Assembly: GCF_009834535.1 (NCBI RefSeq) | Contig: NC_045696.1 | Location: 112,222,001 to 112,286,000 of the forward strand | Source: Camelus ferus | Lineage: Eukaryota | Length of the DNA: 64,000 bases | Direction: 5' to 3' | Shown: piece after piece, positions 12,338 to 26,250 of the stretch | Layout: every line of letters starts with the position of its first letter | Numbering within the stretch: the first letter of the stretch is position 1 | Program-made: the position numbers and the translations under genes | Notes under the pieces: model-generated | The model's database searches: none | What the model was told of the DNA's origin: nothing | The model's input: only the letters and a program-made list of their open reading frames with translations

Positions 12338-13200
12338 GGTAAAATATACACATGATTGGCCACTTCAACCTTTTTAAGTGTACAGTTCAATAGCATTAAA
12401 TACGTCATGGTGCAACCATCACCACTAGCCAGCTCCAGAATTTTTTCATCTCCCCAAACCGAAACTCTGCACCCATCAAACAGTAATTCCCTATCCTTAC
12501 TTATCTTCCCCCATCCCAGTCTCTGGCAACCACCATTCTACTTTCTTTCTCTATGAATTTGGCTATTCTAAGTACCTCATTATAAGTAGAATTATACAAT
12601 ATTTGTCCTTTTGTGACTGGCTTATTTCACTTAGTATAATGTCTCAAGGTTCATCCATGTTGCAGCATATGTCAGAATTTCCTTACTTTTTAAGGCTGAA
12701 TAATATTCCATCGGGTGTATAGACCATATTTTGTTTATCCATTCTTCTGTTGATGAACATTTTGGCTTGTTTCCACCTTCTGGCAACTGTAAATAATGCT
12801 GCTATGAGCATGTGTGTTCACATATCTGAGTCCCTGCTTTCAGTTCCTTGGGTTTATACTCAGAAGTGGAATTGCTGAATCATATGGTAATTCTACTTTT
12901 GATTCTTTGAGAAACTGCCACATTGTTTACCACAGTTGCTGTACCATTTAACATTTCCACCAGCAATGCACAAAGATTCCAATTTCTTTACCTCCTCGCA
13001 CTTAGTTTCTGTTTTTTTGTTTGTTTTTGTTCATTTGCTTTTGGATAATAGTCATTCTAATGGATATGAAGTGGTATCTTACTTTGGTTTTGATTTGCAT
13101 TTCCCTAATGATTAGTGATGTTGACCATATTTTCATGTACTCATTGTCATTTGTATACCTTCTTTGAAAAATTTTTATTCAAGTCCTTTGCCCACTTAAG
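12335..13200 (-). mobile_element. Older L1 (L1MB/MA-like) 3' fragment
   Basis: TGTGGTAAAATATACA..TAAGTGTACAGTTCAATAGCATT, TTGTGACTGGCTTATTTCACTTAG, GAAGTGGAATTGCTGAATCATATGGTAATTC, GATTTGCATTTCCCTAATGATTAGTGATG. Confidence 0.9.
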
Positions 13201-13359
13201 CATGACATTCTTAATGTCAATGAGAGTCTATATATTTTGCTAAAAATGTTTTAGGTTCTAACAACAAAGTCATAATGTCCTTAAAAGTAACTGTTATACG
13301 ACTCTATACTGTTATTAGTATTATTACTGTTATTTTAATAACTTATCATTCTTGCTGCT

Positions 13360-13620
13360 ATTTAAAGTGATTAACTACTAGCCATGTTCCAGGCACTGTG
13401 CTAAGCAGTGTACATGTATTGACTTACTGCATCTTCACACCTAGTCTACAAAGTGAGTCTTGTTAGTATTCCCATTTTACAGTTGAGGAAACTGAGTCTT
13501 AAAGGAGCTAACTAGCTTTCCCAAGAGCCATAACAGCTATAAAGTGGAAGAAGTGAGAATTGAACCCAGGCAGTCAGCTCCAACATCTTTGTTCTCACCA
13601 CCATGCATTATTGCCTCTCA
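13360..13620 (-). mobile_element. MIR SINE
   Basis: CCAGGCACTGTGCTAAGC..CCCATTTTACAGTTGAGGAAACTGAG..GAATTGAACCCAGGCAGTC. Confidence 0.85.
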
Positions 13621-13969
13621 GTGATGGATGCTGGTCAGTGATCCACTGACGAACCTTACAGGACATCCACGTTAGAGGAACAATAAATATGTTATTGCTC
13701 ATGGTCGTTCATTTCAGAATACTTAAGAAGATTCATGGACTCATTTCTTTGACTATTCTGTGTTCTTCTGAAGTGATCCAGCAATATAATATTGTTGGCT
13801 ATTACTTAATAGCTCAAAGATGGGATATATTTTGGAATGTACCTGAAAAATGATATTCCCCCACACCATACAGTCTTGGCTTGACAGTTTACTAGAGGGA
13901 ACCAAGGTAAGTCAGTCATGTTTGGTATTCAGCATTCTGACATACTCTTGGGAGAGAATGTTTGTACCT

Positions 13970-14400
13970 CATCTATTTATCCCACAAATCTTTTTGAAGG
14001 CCTCTTATGTGCTGGGTGATGCGCCAGGTCCCAGGTATACAGACAGAGCTTTGTTCTAATTAATGGTGACGGGGGTAGGGCAGGGAGTGAAAATGCAATT
14101 GCATAAAACTTTCTTAATAGCAAGTAATGGTGGAAACCAGGAAGCAGAATAAAGCAAGTAAGAGGTGGGAGGGGTTCTAAGATGTGAGGAGGGTCTGACA
14201 TTTTATACAGGGCTGTCAGGGAAAGCTTTTTTGATAAGATGATGTTTGAAAGAGACCAGATGAAGTGAGAAAATGAACAACGGGTAAAGAGTATCTCAGA
14301 CAAGGGGACAACCAGTGCAAAGGCCCTGAGGCCAGAGCTTCCTGGAATTTGTGTACAACAACAAAGAAGATAGGGTGAGTGGAATAGAGTGTGTGTGTGT
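13970..14400 (-). mobile_element. L2 LINE 3' fragment
   Basis: TTTATCCCACAAATCTTTTTGAAGGCCTCTTATGTGCTGGG; GTCAGGGAAAGC; CAGTGCAAAGGCCCTGAGG. Confidence 0.75.
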
Positions 14401-14820
14401 AGGGGGGTGCTAAAATTCATTAACTCTGCTATTTCTTGGATTCTCCATGGTAACAATGAAATTTATCAAATGGCAGTGACCCAGCTGGGGACCAGGGCTG
14501 AAATATTCCACATCTAAGATCTGAGTTGAGGAAGTAACATGGAAAACATACATTTGCTTTTGTAGAGCACATAGCACCTGCATTACTTTTCTATTTCCTC
14601 AGGGACCATGAATCAGAAGTGTTATGAACAAAAAAGAATTACCCAGAGGATAAGGAATGTCTTAGTGCCTTTATCTGAACATTTACACACCCAACAGGAT
14701 GCTCAGATTTATTTCTTCCACATCAAATGATGAGTCCTTCAATGTTGGATACATTTTCCCTTTCAAAGAACCAGTGAGGGTCCCCAAATCCTCTCTAATG
14801 GAGAAGGGGAAAGAAGTCCC

Positions 14821-14857
14821 CTTCTAACCTTTAACAAACGTTGTTAAAGGTTAGAAG
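14821..14857. repeat. Perfect 17-bp inverted repeat with 3-nt spacer
   Basis: CTTCTAACCTTTAACAA-ACG-TTGTTAAAGGTTAGAAG. Confidence 0.97.
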
Positions 14858-15363
14858 AGGAGGATTCATGTGTGAGGGTTCATCTGTGTACAGATTTTTT
14901 CCTTGTAAAATTTTGTTTAAAAATTTTTACCACTCAATTATATGTTTCAAGAAATTTGACACTAGAAGCACAGACAATTTAGGAAAAATATAACCTTTCT
15001 AGGATTTGACAAAAAGCCTTGAGAAATGATCAAAATTAAGAAAAGATATTAGTTTCAGCATTATGTGTATACATTTGTCAGTTTTCCATATTGGATTTCT
15101 ATAGTTAATTCTGAATATCTCAATCCATAAACACTGGAAAAATGAGATACTTAATTTGATGCTATTATTATATATAATGGTCTGATTTTTTTTTACTATA
15201 GATTTAACCAAATACTGGAGTAACCACAGATTATAGCCCTTCAGCTCATACAGAATGAACTCCCACCCAGATAACTCCCAAATTTGAATAACTGTATTTC
15301 AGAATAACACCCATACAATAAAAATCTCTTTTCAAAAAAAGTCTGTCACATTTTCTAGAGAAT

Positions 15364-15366
<3 letters not shown>

Positions 15367-15403
<37 letters not shown>
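15367..15403. repeat. (CAA)n microsatellite
   Basis: About 12 tandem AAC/CAA units. Confidence 0.95.
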
Positions 15404-17119
15404 AAAACCTTAGTCAAGTGTGGAAAGGAGAGATTCTGTAGGCTTCCAGCCTCCAGACACCACTGTCATATATGGTGTTTCATTCCTAAAAACGAGAGGG
15501 AACTGGATGAGAGGCAATAAAATGAAGACAGATTGAAGAAGTAGGTAGAAGAGTTAGGAGACAGTTTAAATCCAGAGAGACTAGAAATAAAAACAATGAA
15601 GTCACCTGAATAGAGGGTTGGCAGCAGCAGCAGGAGGTGGAAGGAAGAGGGGACTGGCTGGAGGCCAGACTGGGACTGATGGCCACTGTCTGGTCTGTAG
15701 AGAAAAGCCTTCACTCTCTCTGTTAGAGAACCATTAGGAGGCTGTGCTCCCACCGTGTCCCTGCAACGCCCAAGACACCACAGCTGCTCAGAATTAATAT
15801 TATAAAGTCAGAGTGCTTAATGGATACTGAATCAGAGTCCACTTCCAGTCCTCCATCCTCAGAGGGGAGGACGTAAGAAGGCCAGTTTCTACCAAAATTG
15901 TATGTTTTTTGTCATGTTTAAATTTTATAAAAATTAATAAACATGTTGGTTTTCTATTTAAAAAAGACATTTCCATTGGACTGCATTAAAATAGAGCAAT
16001 CTGTAATTTTGTTAAGTTAATTGTGAATGAGTTTATTCCACCAGCTCTCACAGAGTTTCTGAGGATGCCAGCAACAGGAGACCAAGCGGGAGGCTGAATC
16101 CACAAGGCGGCCATCGTTCAACCTTTTGCAAGAAGTCGCGCTCTGCCATTCTCCCACATTAAAAACAGAATCGTGGCTCTTGGCCATCAAGGCAATAGAG
16201 TGGAGGAAAACCAGCTTCCCTTTTCCCTTGAGGGTTCTCGAAGGCATTCTGGGATGATGGTGTCCTCTTAAAGTCCTTCACGCTTTCTTCTCCACTTCCT
16301 CAGGTTACGGATCAGCCAGCTTACTGTTTAGCAAGAGCTTTGAATTCAGTGAAAAATACCGCCCACTTTCTAAACAAAGTTGCTTGCAACACAACAGAGT
16401 CAACCTCTCGAAAAACAGTACCCAAATATTATCAGTTTATTCTTCCATGAATTCAACTGCTGATATAAGTGAAGGAGTTGCCTGAAAACTTCCAAATTCT
16501 GTTGCTGTTGCACAAAACCAGCTCCTAATACCCCTTGCCTTTGATGGCTTCTACTGCATTCTAGACTTCGAAGAGAAATAAGCTTGTCAGGGCAAAACGC
16601 CTGCAACGGCTCTCCCCCTTCGGAACTGCTGAGAAGACACAGAGTTTGTTGACTGAGAGGAGGCGATCAGTGTGTTCCCCAGAGACAGCATCAAAGGCAG
16701 ATGCTGTGAGCAACCGCAGATTTAATGTGCTCCATCCTCCCATCTTTCCTCCCTGGCATGCTGGCCTTCCCCTGGGACTGACTCTCATCAAACTGACAAA
16801 ATGATCATGTGCGGACTCACGGCTAGGCCCAAGGATTTTCCCAAAGACCAAGGTGGCTTTGAAAGATAATACACGGCTCATTTTTACACTTGAGGCCCAC
16901 AGCGTATATGTCTTAGAAGTTGCCTGGCTGAAAAATCCCAAATGGAGCCAGCTAATTCACTCATTTCTTTCCTTAAACCCATGAGGCGAAAGGCTATTGA
17001 GTTTCATGAGAAATAAACAAAATTTCAAATGAACTGCAGTGACCTCCCATTTATGTAGACTAGCCACGGGAAAGATTGTTTGGGTTGACAGAATAAAATG
17101 TTTAACTCAGAGTTACTGT

Positions 17120-17300
17120 ATACTAAACTGGCTGACATCTGGCAAGTTATTTAATGTTTCGTGCCTCAGTTTCCACATTCATGAAATGGGCAACAGTAAT
17201 CGAACTTACATCAGAAAACTGTTGGAAACACTAAATGCATTAACATGTGAAAAGCACTAAGAACAATGTCTCATACATAATAAGAAACACAATAAATATT
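17120..17300 (+). mobile_element. MIR SINE
   Basis: GGCAAGTTATTTAATGTTTCGTGCCTCAGTTTCCACATTCATGAAATGGG..ATGTGAAAAGCACT..CAATAAATATT. Confidence 0.8.
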
Positions 17301-17724
17301 AATATAGCAATAAGAGTAATGAAGTTTATATTCTTAACAGCACGTATTGGTTGACCAGTTTTCACAGAAATGGAATTACTGACATGAATAACTCTAATTA
17401 CTGGGCATAGGTTAATCCCTTTTCAGTGCTGATCCTTAAAAGGGAATTTAGGTTACCCTTAGGTATTTGAATGGTCAAAAATGTTTACTGAGGGTCTATT
17501 TTTTGTTCTTAGTATTGGGATTCAAAAATGAATACACCCCAAAGAAGATCAAAGTTAATTAAGTCATATAATGTATCAAATCGACATGTTATACATCTTA
17601 ATCGCACACAATGTTACATATCAATTGTATCTCAATTAAAAAAACCCAAAATGCTACGATGGTACTTATTGCATAGAATGACAGATGTAAGCAGAGAGTT
17701 CTGTGGGAACACAGAAAGGGACAT

Positions 17725-18171
17725 TGTCGTAGGTGGAATAACAACCTGCCCAAAGATGTCCATGTCTGAACCCCCAGAACGTATAAATACATACACGTCA
17801 CTCAGGAATTGAGGTTGTCAAACAGCTGACCTTAAGAAATGGAGACTATCCTGAGACAATGTAAACAGAAGGGTCCTCAAAAGTGGGAGAGGAAAGAATC
17901 ACAGTAAGTCAGAGTGATGGATGTGAGGAGGGCTCAAGCAGCCATTGCTGGATTTGAAGCTGGGGGAAGGGACCACAAGCCAAGGAATGCAGGTGCCTTG
18001 TAGCTCCTGAAAAAGGCAAGGAAACACATGCTATCTGATGCTTACAGAAAGGGACGAGCCCTGCAGAAGCTTTGACTTTAGTCCATGAGACCCCTATTAG
18101 ACTTCAGACCTACAGAGCTGTAAGAGGAGAAACCTGGGTTGTTTGTTGACCTTTACTGGAAAACTAATACA
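17725..18171 (+). mobile_element. MaLR solo LTR (MLT1D-like)
   Basis: TGTCGTAGGTGGAATAAC..CCCAAAGATGTCCA ... CCACAAGCCAAGGAATGCAGGTG..GAAAAAGGCAAGGAAAC ... GAAAACTAATACA, with TG..CA ends. Confidence 0.88.
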
Positions 18172-18199
18172 GAAGTAGAAGCCACCTTGTACGTGGGAA

Positions 18200-19190
18200 T
18201 AGAGAGGAGTGATGGGAATGAAGAAGTTTCAGGGAGTGGTCACGGCTGAGCCGAGCACTAGAAGGTGACCAGTAGATATGTAGAGTGAGGGCACCTTGGG
18301 CACTTTGGATAAAGACGAGTTTCACTGATAAGTGGACAAAGGTTGAAGAGGGGAATGTTTGCAAATGAGGTTAGATAGATATTATGGCTTCCATAATAGG
18401 AAGTCATCTTTAGCCTATAAAAGAAAGGGCCTCAGAGGGGCTTTAGCCCAGGGAATAATGGGGTCATTTTTACATTTTGGAAACATTACTGGGTAGCAAG
18501 ATGGAGGATGAGCTTAAAGAGGGGAGGCCAAGAGAAAGGAGACCACATAAGAGGTCCAAGTGAGAGGTGGTGGGGACAGAATTAAGGCAGTGGGTGTCAG
18601 AAGAGAAAGTACCACTTTGAGAAATGTTGGTCAGCAAAACTGGCAGGCACTAGTGTGGTTTGGATGTGCGGTACTAAGATGAAGATGGAATCCAGAACAA
18701 TCTCTGCCTTTCTAGCTTGGTGACAGGAGGTAAAGGTGCTCTCAAATGATACACGAAATGGAGGAGGAGGAGTTGATTTAGAGGGAAGATGATGAATATT
18801 CTTTTTGAATGATCTGGGATCACCAGATAGAGACACAGCAGACAGGAAATAGGTGCGTCTGGGACCCATGGGGGCCCGGACTGCTGAGAGGGGTTTGGTG
18901 TCCGAAATGAGGGGTTGCCATTAGCATATGGGGGATAATTTGAAGAGTAAGACTGGATGACATCACTCACGAATGAGAAGAACAGTGGGCTGTGGCTAGG
19001 ACCCTGGGGGACCATAGCATGCTAAGAGGAGCTGCGAAAAAGAGATGCTTATGAAAAAGATGGAGGAGAAATGAACAGGAAACAGTCAGAGAACTAGCAT
19101 GAGTGGGGTCCCAGGAGCCAAGGGAATAGAGAGTTTCTAGAAGGGAAGGAGACATAGGGTCAGATGGAGCAGGGTTTAGGAAGGTGAGAA
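18200..19190 (-). mobile_element. L2 LINE internal fragment
   Basis: Purine-rich L2-like motifs: GGTCCAAGTGAGAGGTGGTGG, TTTGGATGTG, TTTCTAGCTTGG, AGCCAAGGGAATAGAGAGTTTCTAGAAGG. Confidence 0.75.
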
Positions 19191-19319
19191 CTACTGATGG
19201 TGGTGGTGGCGGCGGTGGCCGTCATGGTCATCATCATCATCCAGTTAGAAGGACGATAGCACCTAGCCCTTCGCAAGCATCATTACGAGCCAAGGACTAT
19301 GACGTATTTAGCCAAAACA

Positions 19320-19540
19320 TATACAGCACATGCTTCCTACCAGAAACTACTCTGAGTGCTTTACAGGTTTTAACTCATTTAATTCCTATAACAACCCTAA
19401 GAGGTAGACACTCTTATTAGCTCTAATTTACAGAGAAAGAAATAGAAACACAGAGGTTAACTTGTCCCAGATTATTCAGTAAGTGTAGCCAGGACTTTTC
19501 AGAGGCCATGTCCTTAACCACTATGCTCTGCTGTCTCATT
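19320..19540 (-). mobile_element. MIR SINE
   Basis: TAACTCATTTAATTCCTATAACAACCCTAAGAGGTAG..TTTACAGAGAAAGAAAT..CAGAGGTTAACTTG. Confidence 0.8.
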
Positions 19541-20881
19541 TGATTTCCCATCTCATTTGATTTTCACTTTATCTAAGTCAGCGGGTAGGTTCCGTCATCA
19601 TCCTAATTGAATAGAGCAAGTCACCAAGGATTAGTGAAGTTACCCAGCTTGCCCGGACTCAGCCAGCCTCGGCGGGGGGCCCGGACGGGTGAGACCAGGC
19701 TCAACACGTGGCCTGCACGTTGAAACTAGTTAACACTAGTGTACCTTGAAGGAGAAAGTTCTAGATGACCTGGGTCACAAGATGTAAGTTCCCCTCTCCT
19801 CTGGAAGGCAGATAAGGTGGGGGGCTGATCTAGTCCAGGCAAGGATTAAGCTGGGCTGGGGAAAGGTGGCAGTTTTTAAGACCGGATTCAGTTCTGGTTT
19901 GTTCTTATCCCCTGGGTGTGACCTCTTGGGCTTCTGACAAAGAGCCTGGGGAGTGTCTGTCCCCTGTGGGATCGTGGGAGCCCGGTCCCGCACTCTGGAG
20001 GTCTGTCACTTTTTTTCTCTCACTAAAATGGAGCGTGAACAAATCCTAACTCAGTGAACTTCTTGGTTGTTTGGTTTATGTGTGCATGGTAGATCAGTAA
20101 CTGGGACAGATCTCCTTTAAATTAGGAATTCTTTGTTGGCTTAAAACAGAACACGGAGGTTTCAAAACCACATACCTATGTATTTCTTATTCTACACAAA
20201 ATACTGCAGCTTTCTTCTCTGTGAATGAAGACTTGAAAAGCCCTGGTGTTCTTGCATTTGCTGTCTTCCAACCAGGCCTAAAAGAATGCAGTTGGGGTCC
20301 CCCATCCCAGGGAACTCTGACCACTGGGTATCAGGGGCTGATCTCAGGCAGTACAAACAACAAACAAAGCTGAAACTCAGCTGGGCCTCGTGCCCAAGAA
20401 AACCGGCCACACATGAACTCACACCATGGGGGAAGGAGAAGGGGAAAAAAAGTTCCAAAAACAAACCCAGGAGAGAAAAAGTCAGGGTGAGAAGCTGGCT
20501 CCACACTGACTGGCTCCCACATGGATGTGTGAGAGACAAAGCCTGAGAACAAAAAGCTTCCTTGGACTTGCCCAGGAAAGGAGCCCCCATCTCCTGACTT
20601 GACTGGGAGGCAATGACAGGGGCCAAGAGCTCTGACTTTACTGAGAAAGGAGATGGCTCTGATTCATGAATAAAATAAAAATAGATCCTGTTTAAAAAGA
20701 AAAAGAAACACCAGAACTGCTTGAACTTCTCCTGTATTCTTTATATGGAGAAGTCCTCCTAACTGAAGCACTCATTTGAAGATATAAGGATTGGTTCAGC
20801 TGCTGCTGAAACAGATAAACCTGAAACCTCAGGGACTCAGCACTGAGTGGGCAGGCGTGTAATACAAATGAGGAAGGGGCT

Positions 20882-21021
20882 GGGGAGGGTACAGCTCAGT
20901 GGTAGAGGGCATGTCTAGCATGCACAAGGTTGGGTTCAATCCCCAGCACCTCCACTAAAAATAAATAAATAAACCTAATTATCCTCCCCACACACACAAA
21001 ATTAAAATGACAAACAAACAA
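20882..21021 (+). mobile_element. tRNA-derived SINE (camelid Vic-1-like) with TSD
   Basis: A box AGCTCAGTGG, B box GGTTCAATCCC, A-rich tail. TSD acaaatgaggaaggggct (20864-20881) / acaaatgaggaagggact (21022-21039). Confidence 0.92.
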
Positions 21022-21359
21022 ACAAATGAGGAAGGGACTGAATGGGTTTCAGGAGTAGACACTTGATTTGTGCTTTGATGGAAAAGGTTGAGTTTTCTGA
21101 ACTGAGAAGCTAGCATGGTAGGAGGGATGTCACATGGCATAGGCTTGGGGAGACTATAATCATTGTAAGGGACTGGGGACTGGAGGGGGCCTGTGAGATT
21201 CATGAAGGAATGAGGGGCCTGGGAAAGATGGAAGGAAGTGGGATGGATGAATAGAAGTTGGAAGGAAAGGGAGGGTTGGGCAGACAGCACCTGGGAGGAA
21301 GTAGAAACAGTAAGCGCGCGCTTGGAGCCACAGCCTTCGGTTCAAGCACCTCTACTGAG

Positions 21360-22560
21360 CAGGCCTCCAGATGAAGCCAGTTTTGCATCTGGACAATTTT
21401 AGATGTTCTCAAGGTCTTTTCAATATTCAGCCCAAACCTGCCCCAACTCAGTTCCTACCCTTCTGCCCTGGTTCTACTCTCTTAGACAAGTCGGTCAAGC
21501 ATAAACACTTTGCCGCAGAGCAGCCCTTCCAGAACCTGAGGTCAGTCTTCACTTCTCCATGAGTTATCTCCTCTTCTCCAGGATAAAAGCTCTTTTCATA
21601 TGTGTTTTCCTGTGAGGATGGTTTTAATCGCTTTTTCATTATCATCACACCCCCTGTGCTGGACACATTCCAGTTGGTCAACTTGTCCCTTTAAATGTGG
21701 TCTCCAGACGGAACATGCTATTCCAAGTGCGGTTCACCAGCACAACCTTTGATCTGCATTGGAGCATCAAATGACGTTACCAAGCAGACATACTGCATGA
21801 CTGAGCCACGCTGAACTTCCCGTCAGCCATCACCAGTGCTGCTGGTAAGCTCGTTCCCTATTCATTTTAGGGGCAGATGTTTTTCGAATGTTAAGTGAAT
21901 AATTTTACTTTGATCCATTTATGTTTCCCTTGGTAAGATTTGGTCCATTTTTTCCAGGCTGTCAAGAGCTTTTGGAATAGTCCTTCCAGTCGTATGATGT
22001 CTTGGACAATAGTTATAAGCATGAAGCCAGTGTACCTTTCTAAGTTCTTGATAATGATGTACACTGAGACAGAACTCCATAAACTGCCACCCAAGACTTC
22101 TCAAAAACGGGCTGTGTCACTCTTTATTTTCATACTTGGATAGCCGTATCTTCTCCCATATATTAACATCTTCCACTTTAATATCTGGGTTCATCAGAAA
22201 ACTCCAGAGGCAGTCAAATTAGTTTCATGAGTTTCCTTTCTCTTTACTGCTCCATGGATTATGTAGTCCGAATTTTCTTTCTAGCACCCTCCTATTCTTT
22301 TTGAGAAGAGCATCCTTTGAGTTGTTGTTTGTAAGTTTTGACTCATGTTTGCTCAGATACTTAAAGATTCTGAAGTCATGGCTGTATGCCTGATTAGGAG
22401 CCACTTCCCAGTCCAGTGTTCTGATTTTTTTTCTATATACGTTTAAGACGACATGGACATCCTTGATGAGATCTTGCTCTGTAATCAACTTATTCTAACT
22501 TCATCTCACTCCTCCTCAATAATTAGACAAGTTTCCCTCATTGTTGCTCTTGCATTCGAG
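21360..22560 (-). mobile_element. CR1/L3 LINE fragment (ancient)
   Basis: TGCTGGACACATTCCAGTTGGTCAACTTGTCCCTTTAAATGTGGTCTCCAGACGGAACATGCTATTCCAAGTGCGG resembles the L3 RT-region reverse strand. The distal boundary is uncertain. Confidence 0.6.
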
Positions 22561-25004
22561 ATTATGTCAACAAGGGTGGAGCAACAGAGGGAAATGGATT
22601 TTCTAGACTGAGGGAACAATAGGAGAAAAGACAGATAAGTAAAGATAACAGCATATTCTGCAGATTGTCCGGGTATGTGTTTACTTCATGTCTCCCGAGT
22701 AAATTGACATTTCCTTCATGGCAGGAAAGGACCACATCTTTTCTGTAGAATATTGGGTCTTCTGTTCCTATCACAGTAGAGTGGCAAGTACACAGTAAAG
22801 GCTCAGTGAGTATTTTTGAATAACTAACAACAACCACCACAGGGTTTGATGGTTAAATATATACATCCTTTCACCCAAGGGTTGAAGCAATTAAGGTCTT
22901 GGAGATTAGTTCGGTGTATAACACCATCCCTCATGGAAATATTTATAAACATAAAGACATTTACATGATGGATCAAAAGATAGTCACAAATAAATCAAAG
23001 TTTAGAAGGAAAAAATTCACTTTTAAGAAATCTCACTGAGAGGTCAGTAAATCTTATGAAACAAATATTATAAATGAATTTACAAATACACACACTCACA
23101 GCACACGCACAGTGGTCTTTATTTGCCCAGACCAAAGGTATAAAAGTAATTATTTGAAATTTATTTTTGTCAATAGTTACATGTTTAAAAGACCAGGTTA
23201 TAGTTGTCTTTTGACTTTAGGTGCTCAGCTGATAAATAAGTAAAATTGTGTTGCATAAATCACACTAATATGATATAAAATCTAAGTGCAATCAGAATCC
23301 ATAATAATAGTTTTTTCACCCATATTATCAGCTCTGTGAGAGTCCTATTTGGCAAGCACTGACTCTTATTCATCAAGATAAAATATTAGCTTTTATTTTT
23401 TCACTTACAAGGTGCATAATGATTAAGGATTCTGGTTGCCAAGGGTGAAATGCTGCTTCAAACTCGAAGTTCAATTGTTTTGTGAATTTGTAATTGTACC
23501 CTTTCTGAAGGATGAGGAAGGCAGAGGAGGAAAGTCACAAAAGTGACACAAAGCAGATAATAATAGAGTCCCATGAAGAATTTGTAATGATGTTTAAGGT
23601 ATGAGGGAGAGAAATTATTTTTTTTCACAAAGAATGATTTCTGATCACCCGCTGCTAGCTACCCCTGAGATGGTGGTAGATCTAAGGACCCACATTGTGT
23701 TCTGGTAACAAGTTAAATATCCAGATCCCGATCTCCATAGAAAATTCATCTGTGTCTCGATCCACTGTGACTGCGAAGGTGGGAGTGAAATTGAGGAAAC
23801 CTACCAGGTACTCCCTGGATGCTCACAGCTGGTGTCAGAAATGAGAGGGTGTGACTCCAAAGCCAAGTCGGAATTTGAAATGGTCAAGAGCAAACTTGAC
23901 CTCGTGATCAATATTGAGGGCAGCCCCTGGTTAGACCAAGGGAGAACTGGAAGGGTGCTTATATTAGTTGAGAATGTACTAGGTTTCAGGCATGCTGCTG
24001 GACGTTCCTTAAAAGTTCCACGTCAACCAATTCAAGTAGAGACTAATATGTCCAATTTACAGAGAGAGTGCCAAGCATGATATAAACATGCACGTTGCCC
24101 AAGGTTACAAAGTCAGTTAGCGGTGGAGCCTAGAATCTCTCCAAACTGCATCACACTGTCTTCTGCTTCATTCCATCTCACTTTTTTGTATTTTCCCTCC
24201 CTTCACCCAGGTCAGGTGCTATGTACTTCTATGATGGGGCTCCCTGGCCACTTGGCTACCTGGGACCCTCCCACTCTCCCACACATACAACCCCCAAAGC
24301 CTTGCCTTGAAGATAAGCATTTTAAGCATGCTTTCAATGTCCCTCTTTAAGGTGATGTATTTCAAGACAGCTGTCAGAGGAGGAGAATCCAGTTGGCCGC
24401 TAAGGTCAGTCCTCAAGGGTAGCATTACCCTCATGTGATTAAACTCAACTGGTTTCTCAGCTTTATGAAAGCAGAAGTATGATGTCTTTAGTTCATTCAG
24501 AGATGATCAGGCTGGAGGTGTCTAACTAATGTTCACCGAACTCGCAAAAAATATGATCACTAACAGAGATGTCCATTTACTAAGATACGTAGGGGAGCTA
24601 CCTATGTCCAGAGTTGTTCATCTTGTTCTCCATAGGCATGCTTCTCAGTATAGAGCACCAGAGAAGTCAAAGGAGAGAGGAAATCCTCCTGAAGTCTATT
24701 ATCCAGGCTGTAGAAAGTCATGATGAACTATTTCCATTCGACAGGAGGTGCATATCTTTGATGACCCGTACCAGGTCCACACATCTCTCTCCTTTGGATA
24801 ATGCTCAGGAAACACCAACACATTTTTAATATTAGACTCCTTTTACTGTAGTCATTATATGTCTCATGATATGCCAACAAATTGAATGGGTTGATGTCTT
24901 ATTTCAGATCATTTGACTGTATCTTCCTTAGAATATGCTGTCTTACCAACATGTGTGCAACTCTTCTCTTCAGCCATTCACTCTGGATTGGTTAAGTTTG
25001 CAGT

Positions 25005-26250
25005 AAGGAATGGATAATGGAACAACTGGATATCCACATGCAAAAGAATAAAATTGGACAACTATCTCACACCATGTAAAAAAATTAACTCTAAATGGAT
25101 CAGAGAACTAAATATAAGAGCTAACACTAGAAAACTTTTTGAAGAAATCATAGGCATAACTTTCTGTGATTCTGAATTAGGCAATAATCCCTAAACTATG
25201 ACACCAAAATTATAAACAAAAAGAAAAATTCATATATTCGATTTCATCAACTAAACACTTTTGTGCTTCAAATGATACTATCAAAGAAGGGAAAAGAAAA
25301 CCTAAGAATGGGTAGAAGTATTTGCAAATCATATATCTATAAGTGACTTTCATTCAGGATATATAAAGACCTCTTATAACTCAACAACAAAAAGATAAAT
25401 AAAATGGGCAGAGTATTTGAATACATACTTCTCCAAAGAAGATCTGCAAATGGCCAATAAGCACATGAAAAGATGCTCAGCATCATTAGTTCTGAGAGAA
25501 ATGCAAATCAAAACCACAATGAGATACCATGTCACACCTGCTAGAATGGCTGTGATCACAAAGATGGACAGAGACAAGTATTGGAAAGAATGGGGAGCAA
25601 AAGGAACCCTCGTATATCCATTAGAGGGAATGTAAAATTGTGAGCTGCTTTGGAAAAGTCTGTTCTTCAAAAAGTTAAACATAGAGCTACTTACAGTACG
25701 ACCCAATAATTCTAATCCTAGATATACACCCAAGAGAACTGAAAATATATGTCCACACAAAAACTTGTACATAGGTATTTATAGCAATTTTATTCACAAT
25801 AGCCACCAAATGGAAACCATCCAAGTGTCCATTGAATGAAGAACAGATACATGAAACATTGTATCTGTCCGGTGGAATATTATTTGGCCATGAAAAAGAA
25901 TGAAGTACTGATACATGCTACATCATGAATGAACCTTGAATACATTACTGTAAGTAAAAAAAGTCACAAAAGATCACAAAAGATCACACATTGTATGAAC
26001 CCATCAGCAGAAGTCCAGAATATGCAAATCCACAGAGATAAAAAGTAGAATAGTAATTTCCAGGGACTGAGGAGAGGTGGAAGGCAGAGTGACTGTTAGT
26101 GGGTGTGAGGTTTCCTTGCTGGGTGATAGCAAGTTTCTGGAAGTAGACAGTGATGATGGTTGTACAACTCTATGAATAAATCCTGCTGTATAGTACACAT
26201 TAGAATGTATGATGTGTGAATTACATCTCAACAGAGCTGTTGTTTAAAAA
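25005..26250 (+). mobile_element. L1 (L1MB-like) ORF2 3' part and 3' UTR
   Basis: ORF 25417-25635 (FSKEDLQMANKHMKRCSASLVLREMQIKTTMRYH) is the L1 ORF2 C-terminal region. Ends GAATTACATCTCAACAGAGCTGTT. Confidence 0.92.

Noticed and set aside
16283..16310. Strong-looking splice acceptor (pyrimidine tract plus CAG); similar one at ~53165-53191
   Set aside because: No convincing donor or recognisable coding frame follows; such sites are common by chance.
19184..19420. ORF with poly-Gly/poly-His start
   Set aside because: It comes from (GGT)/(CAT) simple repeats between an L2 and a MIR.
20882..20955. tRNA-like sequences (also 39583, 55165, 56345-56418) as tRNA genes
   Set aside because: They carry a shared SINE body, A-rich tails and mostly TSDs, and have degenerate stems. 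They are SINEs.
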